Source: Dehalococcoidia bacterium (GTDB lineage: Bacteria > Chloroflexota > Dehalococcoidia > WHTO01). From it: DNA of 64,000 nucleotides. The notes below the pieces were generated by a model. That model was not told the origin of the DNA. It made no database searches and was given only the letters and a program-made list of their open reading frames with translations. A program made the position numbers and the translations under genes. This document shows, piece by piece, positions 55,973-64,000 of this stretch. The number at the start of each line of letters is the position of its first letter. The first letter of the stretch is position 1. Location of the stretch: the NCBI GenBank assembly GCA_040902555.1, contig JBBDXC010000010.1, positions 2,309-66,308 on the forward strand, written 5' to 3'.

Positions 55973-56994
55973 TGTGGGTACTCGGCTCCCGTGCCTTCGA
56001 TGAGGTTTGCCTCTTCGATCCCTTCCAGGGCGTCCACGTTGCCGCCGAGGGCGGGGATCATGATGCGCATGTTGCGCAGGATGAGGCCGATGTAGGAGTG
56101 CTCGGGGTCTCCGGGCTCGCCGGGGAGGTCGTCGTCGCGCAACTCGTCGATGTAGTCGGCGCCACTTTCGGAGGCGATCTGCTCGAGAACGTCGCTGGGG
56201 AACTCCTCCGAGCCGAAGACCGCGGTCACCCCTTCGGACTCAATCTGGTCGATCAGGTCGGCGACTTCGCTGGCCGAGGGCTCGCCGAAGTCGGAGGGCT
56301 GGACGGCGCCGATAACCTCGAAGCCTGTCTCGAGCGCGAAGTAGGCGTAGGAATCGTGGTAGGTGAGAAGTTTGCGGTTCTCCTCGGGGATCGTCTGCAC
56401 GGCTTCCTTGACCGCTGCGTCCAGCTCCTCGAGGCGCGCGATATAGGCAGCCGCGTTGTCTTCGTAGTAGTCGGCGTTGACCGGATCGAGATCAACGAGG
56501 CTGTCGCGGATTATCTCGGCGTAGCGGATGCCGAAGGGAACATTGGGCCAGAGGTGAGGGTTAGGGGCACCGCCGTCCTCGGGAAAGCTGAAGTCGAACT
56601 GGTAATCCTCGGGGGTGATCGTCTGGTCGCCGAGGCTGATGATCTCCGTGTCGTCCTTCTTCACGTCCTCCGCCAGATCGACGGTGGGCTCTTCAAGCTG
56701 GAGGCCGTTGACGAAGATGATGTCGGCGTCGGAGAGGATCTCGGCATCCGAGGGAGCCGGCTCGAAGGTGTGAGAGTTGACGCCCTCGGGGACGATGCCG
56801 ACCAGGCGGATACGGTCGCCGGCGATGTTCTCCACGATGTTGGTGATCGGCGAAACGGTCGTGACGACCGTCGGCACGCGGGCGAACTCGCCGGAGTCGC
56901 TCGGCGCGTAGTCGTCGTCATCGCCGCAGGACGCGGCGAGGAGAGAAGCTACGATGAGGGCTGAGCATAGTAACGCGTCGGGGGTTATCCGCAA
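55969..56994 (-). CDS. Metal ABC transporter substrate-binding lipoprotein (ZnuA/TroA-like)
   Basis: Lipobox LLAASC followed by GDDDDY; cluster-9-type SBP with an acidic His/Asp/Glu-rich region; likely TTG start near 56994 (ORF track start 57276 runs through a repeat). Confidence 0.8.
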   Translation of the reverse strand: MRITPDALLCSALIVASLLAASCGDDDDYAPSDSGEFARVPTVVTTVSPITNIVENIAGDRIRLVGIVPEGVNSHTFEPAPSDAEILSDADIIFVNGLQLEEPTVDLAEDVKKDDTEIISLGDQTITPEDYQFDFSFPEDGGAPNPHLWPNVPFGIRYAEIIRDSLVDLDPVNADYYEDNAAAYIARLEELDAAVKEAVQTIPEENRKLLTYHDSYAYFALETGFEVIGAVQPSDFGEPSASEVADLIDQIESEGVTAVFGSEEFPSDVLEQIASESGADYIDELRDDDLPGEPGDPEHSYIGLILRNMRIMIPALGGNVDALEGIEEANLIEGTGAEYPQ

Positions 56995-57036
56995 GAAGGG
57001 CCGTCGAGTTAGTGCGCGCCTGGCCCCTCCCCGCCC

Positions 57037-57090
57037 GACCTCACCCCCGCTGCGGCTGGCCCTCTCCGCACCCGGAGAGGGAGGGGTTCC
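57037..57090. repeat. REP-like bipartite palindromic repeat (copy G), inside the regulator-transporter operon
   Basis: GACCTCACCCCCGCTGCGGCTGGCCCTCTCCGCACCCGGAGAGGGAGGGG, between the Fur-family gene stop and the SBP start. Confidence 0.65.
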
Positions 57091-57104
57091 TGGCAGGGAC
57101 GCGA

Positions 57105-57521
57105 TCACTGGCATTCGTTGCAGGTCCCGAAGACGGCGAAATGGTCGATGTCCGGCCGGAAGCCGGTGGAGCTGGTGATCTGGGAGCCGAGGTCTTCGAA
57201 GTAGCGGTGCTCGAGCTGCTCGATGCTGCCGCAGCGCTTGCAGATCAGGTGGTGGTGGGGCTCCTCGCGGATCCACTCGTAGACGGTCTCCCCTTCGCCT
57301 ATATCGGTCTCACTGACCAGGCGCAGGTCCTTGAGGACGGTGAGGGTGCGATAGACCGTGGAGCCGTCGACGTAGGCGAACTGGCGGCGAACCTCGGCAA
57401 GGATGTCGGCTGCTGACAGGTGGCCGGGAGCCTTGCGGCAGGCGGAGACGATGAGCATCCGCTGAGGGGTAAGCTTGTGGCCGGCCTCTTTGAGGAGGAC
57501 CGCGGTGGGGTCGTCGGGCAA
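57105..57521 (-). CDS. Fur family transcriptional regulator (Zur-like)
   Basis: Fur-type HTH (KLTPQRMLIVSACRKAPGHLSAADI) and metal sites (HHHLICKRCG ... CNEC); TTG at 57521 preceded by GGAGG (ORF track start 57554). Confidence 0.85.
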   Translation of the reverse strand: MPDDPTAVLLKEAGHKLTPQRMLIVSACRKAPGHLSAADILAEVRRQFAYVDGSTVYRTLTVLKDLRLVSETDIGEGETVYEWIREEPHHHLICKRCGSIEQLEHRYFEDLGSQITSSTGFRPDIDHFAVFGTCNECQ

Positions 57522-57534
57522 GTCGCCTCCGAAG

Positions 57535-57548
57535 GTAGTTGCAACTAC
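57535..57548. promoter_or_regulatory. Perfect 7-7 palindrome GTAGTTGCAACTAC just upstream of the Fur-family gene RBS (candidate operator)
   Basis: 14-bp perfect inverted repeat at 57535-57548, overlapping the position expected for the promoter or 5' leader. Confidence 0.4.
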
Positions 57549-57622
57549 TTGCAAATGCTAGTGCTGGTGGCATAGACACGCAATGAAAGCGCCCTGTCAC
57601 GACAATCACGTGCGCCAGGCCC

Positions 57623-57682
57623 GGGGCAGGTATCACGATTCATCCGGGAGGTTCGTAATCCCACCGTTGTGATACCTGCCCC
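57623..57682. other. Long hairpin (14-bp perfect stem, ~32-nt loop) between YloV and Fur-family genes
   Basis: GGGGCAGGTATCAC ... GTGATACCTGCCCC; no U-tract on either strand. Confidence 0.4.
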
Positions 57683-57759
57683 TGCGGGGGCGGGCCGGAC
57701 TGGGCACCGGGGCGGAATGGGGTTCCGGCGGCAGTTGGGTCGCGCCGACGACGGCGCGG

Positions 57760-59397
57760 CTATTCGACGGACAGGAAGTAGTCGTAGTAGGGCTGGCCGC
57801 CGCGGACCACCTGGGCCTCTACGTCCGGAAAGCGGCCTTCGACCTGGCCGGCCAGCGCCGATGCTTCGGCGGCGGTCACGCTTTCGCCGTGGTAGAGGGT
57901 GACGAGAGAGCTGTCGGGGCTGACCATGCGGTCCAGGGCGTCGACCACGGCGGCGTCGAGGGCCGGCGTCGAGGCTACGAGGTCGCCGTCGACCATGGCG
58001 ATGTAGTCGCCCTCGCGCACGTCGATCCCGCTCAGCTTGACCGTGCGCACGGCCTTGCAGACTTCGGCATAGCGGATGGCGCGGGCGGCCTCGCCCATGG
58101 CCCGCGCATTCTCCTCCAGGTCCTTATCGGGCGAGAAGGAGAGGAGCGCGGCGATGCCCTGGGGGATGCTGCGCGCCTCGACGACTAGGGTTGGCTTGCC
58201 GGCGACGGTGGCGGCCTGGCGCGCCGCCATGACGATGTTTTTGTTATTGGGCAGCACGATGACGCTCTCGCCCGGCGCGGACTTGATGGCCTCGACGAGA
58301 GCGGCGGTGCTGGGGTTCATCGTCTGGCCCCCCTCCACAACGCTGGACGCACCCATGCTTTTCAGCACGTCGATGATGCCGTCGCCGACGCCGACCGCGA
58401 CGACGCTGATCGCGCTCGCGGGCGCCCGTGAGGGCCGCGCAGCAAGCTGCTGGTGCTGCAGCTCCATGTTGTCGACCTTGACGCGGGCCAGCGGGCCTAG
58501 CGACGTGGCGTAGGAGATGATGCTGCCCGGGTCCTGGGTGTGGACGTGCACATGCGCGGCGTGCTCGTCGCCGACGACCAATAAAGAGCGGCCCAAGGGC
58601 TCCAACTCCGTGCGCATGGTCTCGATCGACAGTCCGTCGGCCTTGATCACGAATTCGGTACAGTAACCGAACGCCTGCTCGCCCTCGTGCAGATCGTGCG
58701 CCTGAGCCAACCAGCCTTCGTCGATGGCGCCGAAGTCCTTGCGGTCCCCAGTCGTCAGCTGGATCCCCTGGAGGTAGCTCAGGGCGCCCTCAAACATGAC
58801 GTAGAGGCCCTGGCCGCCGGCGTCGACGACCCCGGCCTCCTTCAGCACCGGGAGGAGGGCGGGCGTGCTGTCGACGGCGACCCGGGCGGCGCGCACGGCC
58901 TCCTCGAGGATGTCTGTTATGTCGTCTACAGGGCTCCCCGACCGGCGCAGTGCCGCCTCGCCGGCGGCGCGACAGACTGTCAGGATTGTGCCCTCCAAAG
59001 GGTTGGTAACTGCCTTGTAGGCCGCCTGCGTCGCCTGCCCGAAGGCATCGGCGAGCTCCCCGGGGTCCACTTCGTCCTTGCCGGCCATACCCGCCGCCAG
59101 GCCGCCGATGATCTGGGAGAGGATCACGCCGGAGTTGCCGCGCGCGCCCATGAGGGCGCCATCGGCCATCGCCCGGGCAACGGCAGCCGCGCTATCGCCA
59201 GAAGCGTCGGCGGCGGCGTCCATCGTGGCGCGCATCGTCAGGAACATGTTGGTGCCGGTGTCGCCGTCTGGGATCGGGAAAACGTTGATGGCGTTGATAG
59301 CCTCGGCGTTCTGCTCGAGCCAGTCGGTAGCCGCGAGGAACATCTCGCGGAGCGCGGTGCCATCGAGATGCGAGCGCTTCGGCGGAGCTACAACCAA
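57760..59397 (-). CDS. DAK2 domain fusion protein YloV
   Basis: N-terminal DAK2 domain motif (FPIPDGDTGTNM) and family-typical length (545 aa); divergent from rpmB. Confidence 0.9.
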   Translation of the reverse strand: MVVAPPKRSHLDGTALREMFLAATDWLEQNAEAINAINVFPIPDGDTGTNMFLTMRATMDAAADASGDSAAAVARAMADGALMGARGNSGVILSQIIGGLAAGMAGKDEVDPGELADAFGQATQAAYKAVTNPLEGTILTVCRAAGEAALRRSGSPVDDITDILEEAVRAARVAVDSTPALLPVLKEAGVVDAGGQGLYVMFEGALSYLQGIQLTTGDRKDFGAIDEGWLAQAHDLHEGEQAFGYCTEFVIKADGLSIETMRTELEPLGRSLLVVGDEHAAHVHVHTQDPGSIISYATSLGPLARVKVDNMELQHQQLAARPSRAPASAISVVAVGVGDGIIDVLKSMGASSVVEGGQTMNPSTAALVEAIKSAPGESVIVLPNNKNIVMAARQAATVAGKPTLVVEARSIPQGIAALLSFSPDKDLEENARAMGEAARAIRYAEVCKAVRTVKLSGIDVREGDYIAMVDGDLVASTPALDAAVVDALDRMVSPDSSLVTLYHGESVTAAEASALAGQVEGRFPDVEAQVVRGGQPYYDYFLSVE

Positions 59398-59562
59398 TGA
59401 ATCCTCCCGGGCCGGCGCTTCTTGTCCGCCGAATGGGGCAATGCTAGCCTCTATTTTGTAAAGTCGGCAATCTACCTCTCCCTTGCCCTCTCGGGGTCCC
59501 CGCGCGGTTCACAAGCCGCCGGGGGTTAAGGAGAGGGAATTAATTTTGGTAAGGAAACCCCA

Positions 59563-59775
59563 ATGGCAACTGGGTGTACCGTTTGCGGCAAGACGACGAG
59601 CTTCGGCCGCAACATCAGACACAAGAGCTCCGGCCGCTGGCAGCGCAAGGCGCACAAGACCAGCAGGACGTTCCGCGCCAATCTGCAGAAGCAGGTGGTC
59701 GACATCGGCGGCGTGCGCCGCCGGCGGGTGATCTGCACGCGCTGTTTGCGGACGCAGATGAAGCAGGCTATCTAA
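59563..59775 (+). CDS. rpmB: 50S ribosomal protein L28 (zinc-ribbon form)
   Basis: 70-aa basic protein with CxxC...CxxC (CTVCGK ... CTRC) and bL28-like sequence; AAGGAAA SD. Confidence 0.9.
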   Translation: MATGCTVCGKTTSFGRNIRHKSSGRWQRKAHKTSRTFRANLQKQVVDIGGVRRRRVICTRCLRTQMKQAI

Positions 59776-59860
59776 GCCCGGGCCGAACTTCTCGAGACGG
59801 TAGAAGCTGATGAGGGGCTCTTTTTACGACTCCACCGCTAAGCGTGCATGGAATCTCGAT

Positions 59861-59898
59861 CACCCTCACCTGGCCTCTCCCTCAAGGGAGAGGGGAGC
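59861..59898. repeat. REP-like bipartite palindromic repeat (copy H)
   Basis: CACCCTCACCTGGCCTCTCCCTCAAGGGAGAGGGGAGC. Confidence 0.6.
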
Positions 59899-59966
59899 TG
59901 ACTCAAGCCTTATCGATCTCGCTGATGTTTCTGTTAGGGCGAAACAGGAACGCCCCCGCGCTGCCC

Positions 59967-60009
59967 AACCTCACCCCCTAGCCCCTCCCTGCAAGCAGAG
60001 AGGGGGAAG
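59967..60009. repeat. REP-like bipartite palindromic repeat (copy I)
   Basis: AACCTCACCCCCTAGCCCCTCCCTGCAAGCAGAGAGGGGGAAG. Confidence 0.65.
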
Positions 60010-60061
60010 AGACTGGCGGCTTTCACGGCGACGCACACCGAATGCGGAGTGCTCCCTGGCC

Positions 60062-60586
60062 CTAGGGCCTTCCCGGAGACCCAAGGCTCGGCAACAGCTT
60101 GCCGCCATTGTTGATCGCCAACAACAGGACTGTGATTACCAGCACTACGACGAGGCTTATGGTCTGGACGGCGGCGTCGCCGTTGCCCAACTCGTCGGCG
60201 TGGATGACGTGGAAGATGAAGTGGGGCACCTGCCAGACCAGGCTGCCGATCAGGGCAACATCAACCACGCGCCGCTCCAGGTAGTACGCCGCCAGACCGA
60301 GGACCGCGGCCAGCGCCAGGTTGAGGGCGCCGAAGTCACGGACCATGTGCTCGTTGTAGGCCCCCAGGGGGGCAACCCACGAGCGTCCGCCACCGGGAAA
60401 GTCCGTATGGAAGTTCTCGGGAGCGAGCAGGGCCCAAAGGCCGGGCAGCGCAGCAAATACTGCCAGGAGGATCAGACCGGGCCGCAGCCAGCGGCGCCCG
60501 ACGAAGCTCAACAATTTCCATCCCCATTTCCACACCGTGCTGGCCAGTCTACAGCCGGCGATGACCGTCAACATGCCACCCGTCAC
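60062..60586 (-). CDS. Hypothetical integral membrane protein
   Basis: 174-aa ORF with GC-rich third positions and four hydrophobic helices; the overlapping plus-strand ORF 59810..60637 is judged antisense. Confidence 0.65.
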   Translation of the reverse strand: MTGGMLTVIAGCRLASTVWKWGWKLLSFVGRRWLRPGLILLAVFAALPGLWALLAPENFHTDFPGGGRSWVAPLGAYNEHMVRDFGALNLALAAVLGLAAYYLERRVVDVALIGSLVWQVPHFIFHVIHADELGNGDAAVQTISLVVVLVITVLLLAINNGGKLLPSLGSPGRP

Positions 60587-60604
60587 CGCTCCGCTGTGAC
60601 AGAG

Positions 60605-61507
60605 CTACGCCATGTAAGTTGCCAGTCCCTCACGTAGGGAACGGGGCTGGATGCCCAGTGCGGTCTGGAGGTCGGTGTTGTCAACGACGGCGTCCATCGA
60701 GGCGAACTCAACGCCGTCAGGGGTTAGCGGTGGGCCCGGGAGGATGCTGGCCACCGATGCAACGGCCTTCATCAAGCCCTTTGGCTGATGAAGGATCGGC
60801 CGCTTGCGGCCGGAAACCTCGAGGGCGGTGCGCACGACCTCATCCATGGAGTGAACCTCGGGGCCGCCGATTTCTAGAGTCTTATTCTGAGCCTCTGGAC
60901 GCTCGAAGCTCTCGGCCACGGCGCGAGCGACATCGTCGACGAAGACGGGCTGGAGTTTCTGCTTCGAGCCGTCGCCGATCACGGGTATGAAGGGCAGGAA
61001 GCGACCGAACCCGAGCATACGGTTGAGCGACTTGTCGCCGGGCCCGTAGACCCACGACGGTCGGATTATCGTGAAGGCGACCCCGCTGTTGCGCACAGCC
61101 TCCTCAGCGGCCCATTTGGCGCGGAACCAGTGGTAGCGGGCCTCGGGGCCGGCGCCGGCGCCACTGAGATAGACCAGGTACCCGACGCCGGCCTCGCGGG
61201 CCACACCGGCGACGGTCTCGGCGCCTTTCTGGTCGACATCCTCGAAGGTGCGGCCGGCGCTCTTCTTCTCCATTGGAAAATTGTCGAAGGCCAGCGAGAT
61301 CACTACGCCCTCGGCTCCGCGGACCGCCTCCAGGACCTGGGCGGGCTCGCGGGCATCGGCGGTGCGGACCTCGATGCCCAAACCTGGGAAGACCTTGTCG
61401 ACCTTCGCGGCGTCCCTGCTGACCACAGCGACCGGCTTGCCACGTCCGTGCAGCTCTTTGACGATGGCCGAGCCGATAAAGCCTGTCCCGCCGATGACGA
61501 CGAACAT
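60605..61507 (-). CDS. NAD(P)H-binding protein (NmrA/complex-I-NDUFA9-like atypical SDR)
   Basis: Rossmann motif MFVVIGGTGFIGSAIVKEL at the chosen ATG start (61507); ORF track start 61570. Confidence 0.8.
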   Translation of the reverse strand: MFVVIGGTGFIGSAIVKELHGRGKPVAVVSRDAAKVDKVFPGLGIEVRTADAREPAQVLEAVRGAEGVVISLAFDNFPMEKKSAGRTFEDVDQKGAETVAGVAREAGVGYLVYLSGAGAGPEARYHWFRAKWAAEEAVRNSGVAFTIIRPSWVYGPGDKSLNRMLGFGRFLPFIPVIGDGSKQKLQPVFVDDVARAVAESFERPEAQNKTLEIGGPEVHSMDEVVRTALEVSGRKRPILHQPKGLMKAVASVASILPGPPLTPDGVEFASMDAVVDNTDLQTALGIQPRSLREGLATYMA

Positions 61508-61559
61508 CTGGTCCTCCTCGCCGGCAACGCCGGCTGATCTCATTCTTAGGCTCGCCGGT

Positions 61560-61604
61560 AAACGACGCACGAAAGGGGCGCCGACCCGAAGATCGGCGCC
61601 CCTT
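61560..61604 (-). terminator. Terminator-like hairpin after small membrane protein gene
   Basis: AAGGGGCGCCGA-CCCGAAGA-TCGGCGCCCCTT (12-bp stem); on the minus strand followed by UUCGUGCGUCGUUU. Confidence 0.4.
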
Positions 61605-61655
61605 CGGTATCCCGCAGGGAGGACGAGGCAAGCCTCGTCCCTAACAGAAATTGGG

Positions 61656-61943
61656 CTAGTAGCCGTTCTGCTCGGTCAGGCGGCGCGCCTCGGCCACTTC
61701 GGTCGAGGGGCGGAGGAGCTTATAGAAGAGGGCCAGCGAGATGATCGAGGGGACCCAGAGGCCCACAAACTGCGAGGCTTCCTTCTTGCCGATCAGGTAG
61801 AGGAACGCGGACGCGACCATCGAGCCGATGGCCCCGAACCAGTAGCCGGTCAGGGGGACCTGCTCAATTGCCTTCGTGGAGTGCTCGGCGAACTGGGCGC
61901 CGGTCTTGGTTGCGTCGCGTGCTTCGACTATGGTGTCTGCCAT
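61656..61943 (-). CDS. Hypothetical small membrane protein
   Basis: 95-aa ORF with one or two TM helices (YWFGAIGSMVASAFLYLIG, LWVPSIISLALFYKLL). Confidence 0.55.
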   Translation of the reverse strand: MADTIVEARDATKTGAQFAEHSTKAIEQVPLTGYWFGAIGSMVASAFLYLIGKKEASQFVGLWVPSIISLALFYKLLRPSTEVAEARRLTEQNGY

Positions 61944-62051
61944 GAATAACCCTTCCTTGTGTTTGGTCTCTCAACCAGTTTCAAGGGGAAGGGATAACAG
62001 GCGCGTAGACCTCGGCGCAGAGCCTGACAGACGCATAAAGTTCCGGGCGGA

Positions 62052-62092
62052 AACCTCACCCCCGGGCGCCCTCTCCGAAAACAGAGGGGGAG
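62052..62092. repeat. REP-like bipartite palindromic repeat (copy J)
   Basis: AACCTCACCCCCGGGCGCCCTCTCCGAAAACAGAGGGGGAG. Confidence 0.65.
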
Positions 62093-62095
62093 ACT

Positions 62096-62223
62096 TAGTT
62101 GGCGAGTACCACGCCGATCATCGAGAAAACGGTAACGAGAAAGATTGGCACTCCCAGCACGATCATGAACATTGCGAAGCCGGCGTAGCCGGAGTCGTCG
62201 CCTACGTCTAAGCGGTCTTTCAC
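62096..62223 (-). CDS. Candidate 42-aa single-TM small membrane protein (below ORF-track size cutoff)
   Basis: GTG at 62223 preceded by GGAGG at ~7 nt; encodes VKDRLDVGDDSGYAGFAMFMIVLGVPIFLVTVFSMIGVVLAN; stop abuts REP copy J. Confidence 0.35.
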
Positions 62224-62509
62224 TGGCTGCCTCCTCGTCTTCTTTCGCCGATTCTACTCGCTCCGGCGCGCTGGCACCCCCGACTGGCGAGGGCGACTGT
62301 GCTTCTCTCTGACCGGTGTCGTCGGTGCCTGCCACAGGAGGGGAGGGTTGCGCTGCTATATGAGATGCATGGCCCCGATGAGATGCGCAACCCTCCCCTC
62401 CTGTTCGCGTGAGACGCCGGTGCCGTAGCTGGTCCCGCGGGCAGCTAGGGCTAGACTGGATGGGGGCTCGTGGAAGCTAAGGGCTGCCGGCGCGAGACTA
62501 AAGCAGACC

Positions 62510-62550
62510 ACATCACCCCCTGGGCCCCCTCTACGCACACGGAGAGGAGG
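62510..62550. repeat. REP-like bipartite palindromic repeat (copy K), overlapping the rpsP ribosome-binding region
   Basis: ACATCACCCCCTGGGCCCCCTCTACGCACACGGAGAGGAGG; its 3' GGAGAGGAGG arm lies 14 nt upstream of the rpsP TTG start. Confidence 0.6.
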
Positions 62551-62564
62551 AATGGAGTAGCTAT

Positions 62565-63074
62565 TTGATTCGCATCCGCCTCGCCCGCGTGGGCAAGAAG
62601 AAGCAGCCGAGCTATCGGCTTGTCGTCTCGACCCAGGAAGCGCCGCGTGACGGCCGCTTCATCGAGATCCTCGGCCACTACAACCCGCTGAAGAACCCCG
62701 CTGAGCTCGAGTTCAACGCTGAGCGGACCCGCGAGTGGATCGCCAAGGGCGCCCAGCCATCGGAGGCCGCTGCCAAGATTTTGGCGCGTGAGGGCATCGG
62801 CGAGGCCCCGCGGCGGGCGTCGAAGCCGCCAGCGCCGGCCAAGGCCCCTGCTGAAGCGGCCCCCAAGCCAGCACCGGCAGCGAAGGCGGAACCGGCCGCT
62901 CAAGCGGAGCCCGCCGCAGAGGCCGAGGCCGCCGCACCCGAGGCTCCTGAACCGGAACCGGCAACCGAAACCGAGGCCGCTCCCGCTGAAACTGAGCCCA
63001 CAGAGAACCAGGTGGAAGCTGCCGCGCCGGCTGACGGCGAGGGCGAGAAGGCAGTTGAGCAGCGACAGCCATGA
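62565..63074 (+). CDS. rpsP: 30S ribosomal protein S16 with long Ala/Pro/Glu-rich C-terminal extension
   Basis: N-terminal 80 aa is canonical bS16 (MIRIRLARVGKKKQPSYRLVV...HYNP); C-terminal ~90 aa is low-complexity; TTG start; stop overlaps the KH gene start. Confidence 0.9.
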   Translation: MIRIRLARVGKKKQPSYRLVVSTQEAPRDGRFIEILGHYNPLKNPAELEFNAERTREWIAKGAQPSEAAAKILAREGIGEAPRRASKPPAPAKAPAEAAPKPAPAAKAEPAAQAEPAAEAEAAAPEAPEPEPATETEAAPAETEPTENQVEAAAPADGEGEKAVEQRQP

Positions 63075-63301
63075 AACAGCTCGTCGAATACGTGGCACAG
63101 CAGCTGGTCGAGCACCCCGAGGACGTCGTCGTGCGCGAGAACTCGTCGCCCTACCGCACCGTCTACCACCTGACCGTCCACGAGGAGGACATGGGCCGCG
63201 TTATCGGCAAGCAGGGACGCATCGCGCAAGCCGTGCGCACACTCCTGAAGGTCGCCGCCACGCGCTCGGGTCGCCGGGTCTCGCTCGAGATCGGCGACTA
63301 G
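63071..63301 (+). CDS. KH domain RNA-binding protein (YlqC-like)
   Basis: 76-aa ORF with KH motif (VIGKQGRIAQAVRTLL); conserved position between rpsP and rimM. Confidence 0.85.
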   Translation: MKQLVEYVAQQLVEHPEDVVVRENSSPYRTVYHLTVHEEDMGRVIGKQGRIAQAVRTLLKVAATRSGRRVSLEIGD

Positions 63302-63312
63302 CCCCGCCGCCA

Positions 63313-63831
63313 ATGCCCCAAGGCCCAGCTTTCGAAGCCGAGCCGCCCGAAGGCCAGATAGCCGTCGGCAGAGTCGTGGGAGCCTGGGGTATCCAAGGTC
63401 ACCTCAAGGTCGAAGTCATGACCGACTTCCTGGACCGCTTCCTGCCGGGCGCGAGCCTGAACCTTCGCGGACGCAGTCACCGCATCCTCGACGTCAAGCA
63501 ACGCCGGCAGCAACTCCTGGTGCGGCTTACCCGGATCGCGACTCCGGAAGCCGCCGCCGCGCAGCGGGGGACGCTGCTGACCATAGACGAGGCCGAGCTG
63601 GGGCCCCTGGGCGAAGGGGAGTTCTACCGCTTTCAGCTGGTGGGCCTTGCCGTGATTGACCAAAACGGGGCGGCGCTGGGATCGGTTGAGGAAATCCTCG
63701 ATACGGGCGAGACGCAGGTACTGGTTGTCCGCGGAGACTCCGGGGAGGTGCTGATTCCGCTCGTCGAGGGTTTCGTCAGCGAGGTTGACCTCGCCAAAGG
63801 TCAGGTGGCTGCCGACACGACCGACCTTTAG
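63313..63831 (+). CDS. rimM: 16S rRNA processing protein RimM
   Basis: Conserved RimM N-terminus (IAVGRVVGAWGIQGHLKVEV) and C-terminal PRC-barrel-like region; ATG at 63313 within a longer open frame. Confidence 0.85.
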   Translation: MPQGPAFEAEPPEGQIAVGRVVGAWGIQGHLKVEVMTDFLDRFLPGASLNLRGRSHRILDVKQRRQQLLVRLTRIATPEAAAAQRGTLLTIDEAELGPLGEGEFYRFQLVGLAVIDQNGAALGSVEEILDTGETQVLVVRGDSGEVLIPLVEGFVSEVDLAKGQVAADTTDL

Positions 63832-64000
63832 CCTCTGCCCCTGTACTTCTCTCCCGGCCAGGAGGGATTTTCGAACGCGACAATTTCTGTCGCTTGCATT
63901 AGTACGCATGTTCTTGTAAACAGTAAGGTGTAAACCGGAGACGAGCAGAAGGAGTGAAAGACGTGAACGACAGGACCGGCGACAGGACATTCGAGCCAGG

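Noticed and set aside
55972-56964. 330-aa plus-strand ORF
   Set aside because: Antisense to the metal-binding lipoprotein gene of the ABC transporter operon.
59810-60637. 275-aa plus-strand ORF
   Set aside because: Begins inside REP-like repeats and is antisense to a minus-strand ORF with clear TM helices and better codon bias.
53100-62550. CRISPR array
   Set aside because: The repeated units are imperfect palindromes at irregular spacing, separated by whole genes rather than short unique spacers; no cas genes seen.

Overview
High-GC bacterial chromosomal segment, densely coding on both strands, with frequent GTG/TTG starts and overlapping stop/start junctions. All calls are from reading the sequence and the ORF track by eye; no database search or structure prediction was run. 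Housekeeping genes recognised: gatC-gatA, a split glycine-cleavage operon (gcvH-gcvPA-gcvPB), an Lrp/AsnC regulator with an aminotransferase, murE, birA, recG, rpmB, rpsP-KH-rimM, rfbA-rfbB, metF, an IscA-type Fe-S carrier, a Fur-family (Zur-like) regulator with a metal ABC importer, and three tRNAs (Val-GAC, Ala-CGC, Arg-CCT). I found no CRISPR array, no transposase or integrase, and no recognisable defence-system genes. The features most worth a second look are: (1) an ~80-nt AC-rich element present twice in inverted orientation, each copy about 90-130 nt upstream of a gene, flanking a 7.3-kb block; (2) a family of at least 11 REP-like bipartite palindromic repeats, 8 of them in the last 10 kb; (3) two tandem paralogous secreted proteins combining RTX-type glycine-rich repeats with a type-1 copper (cupredoxin) site; (4) an ECF sigma factor fused to a zinc-finger anti-sigma domain at the head of a ceramidase / DegT / PIG-L / Gfo-Idh-MocA cluster; (5) a 2Fe-2S ferredoxin fused to a class III nucleotidyl cyclase; (6) two apparent frameshifts at G/C homopolymer runs. 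Many long ORFs in the track are antisense artefacts of real genes and were rejected.
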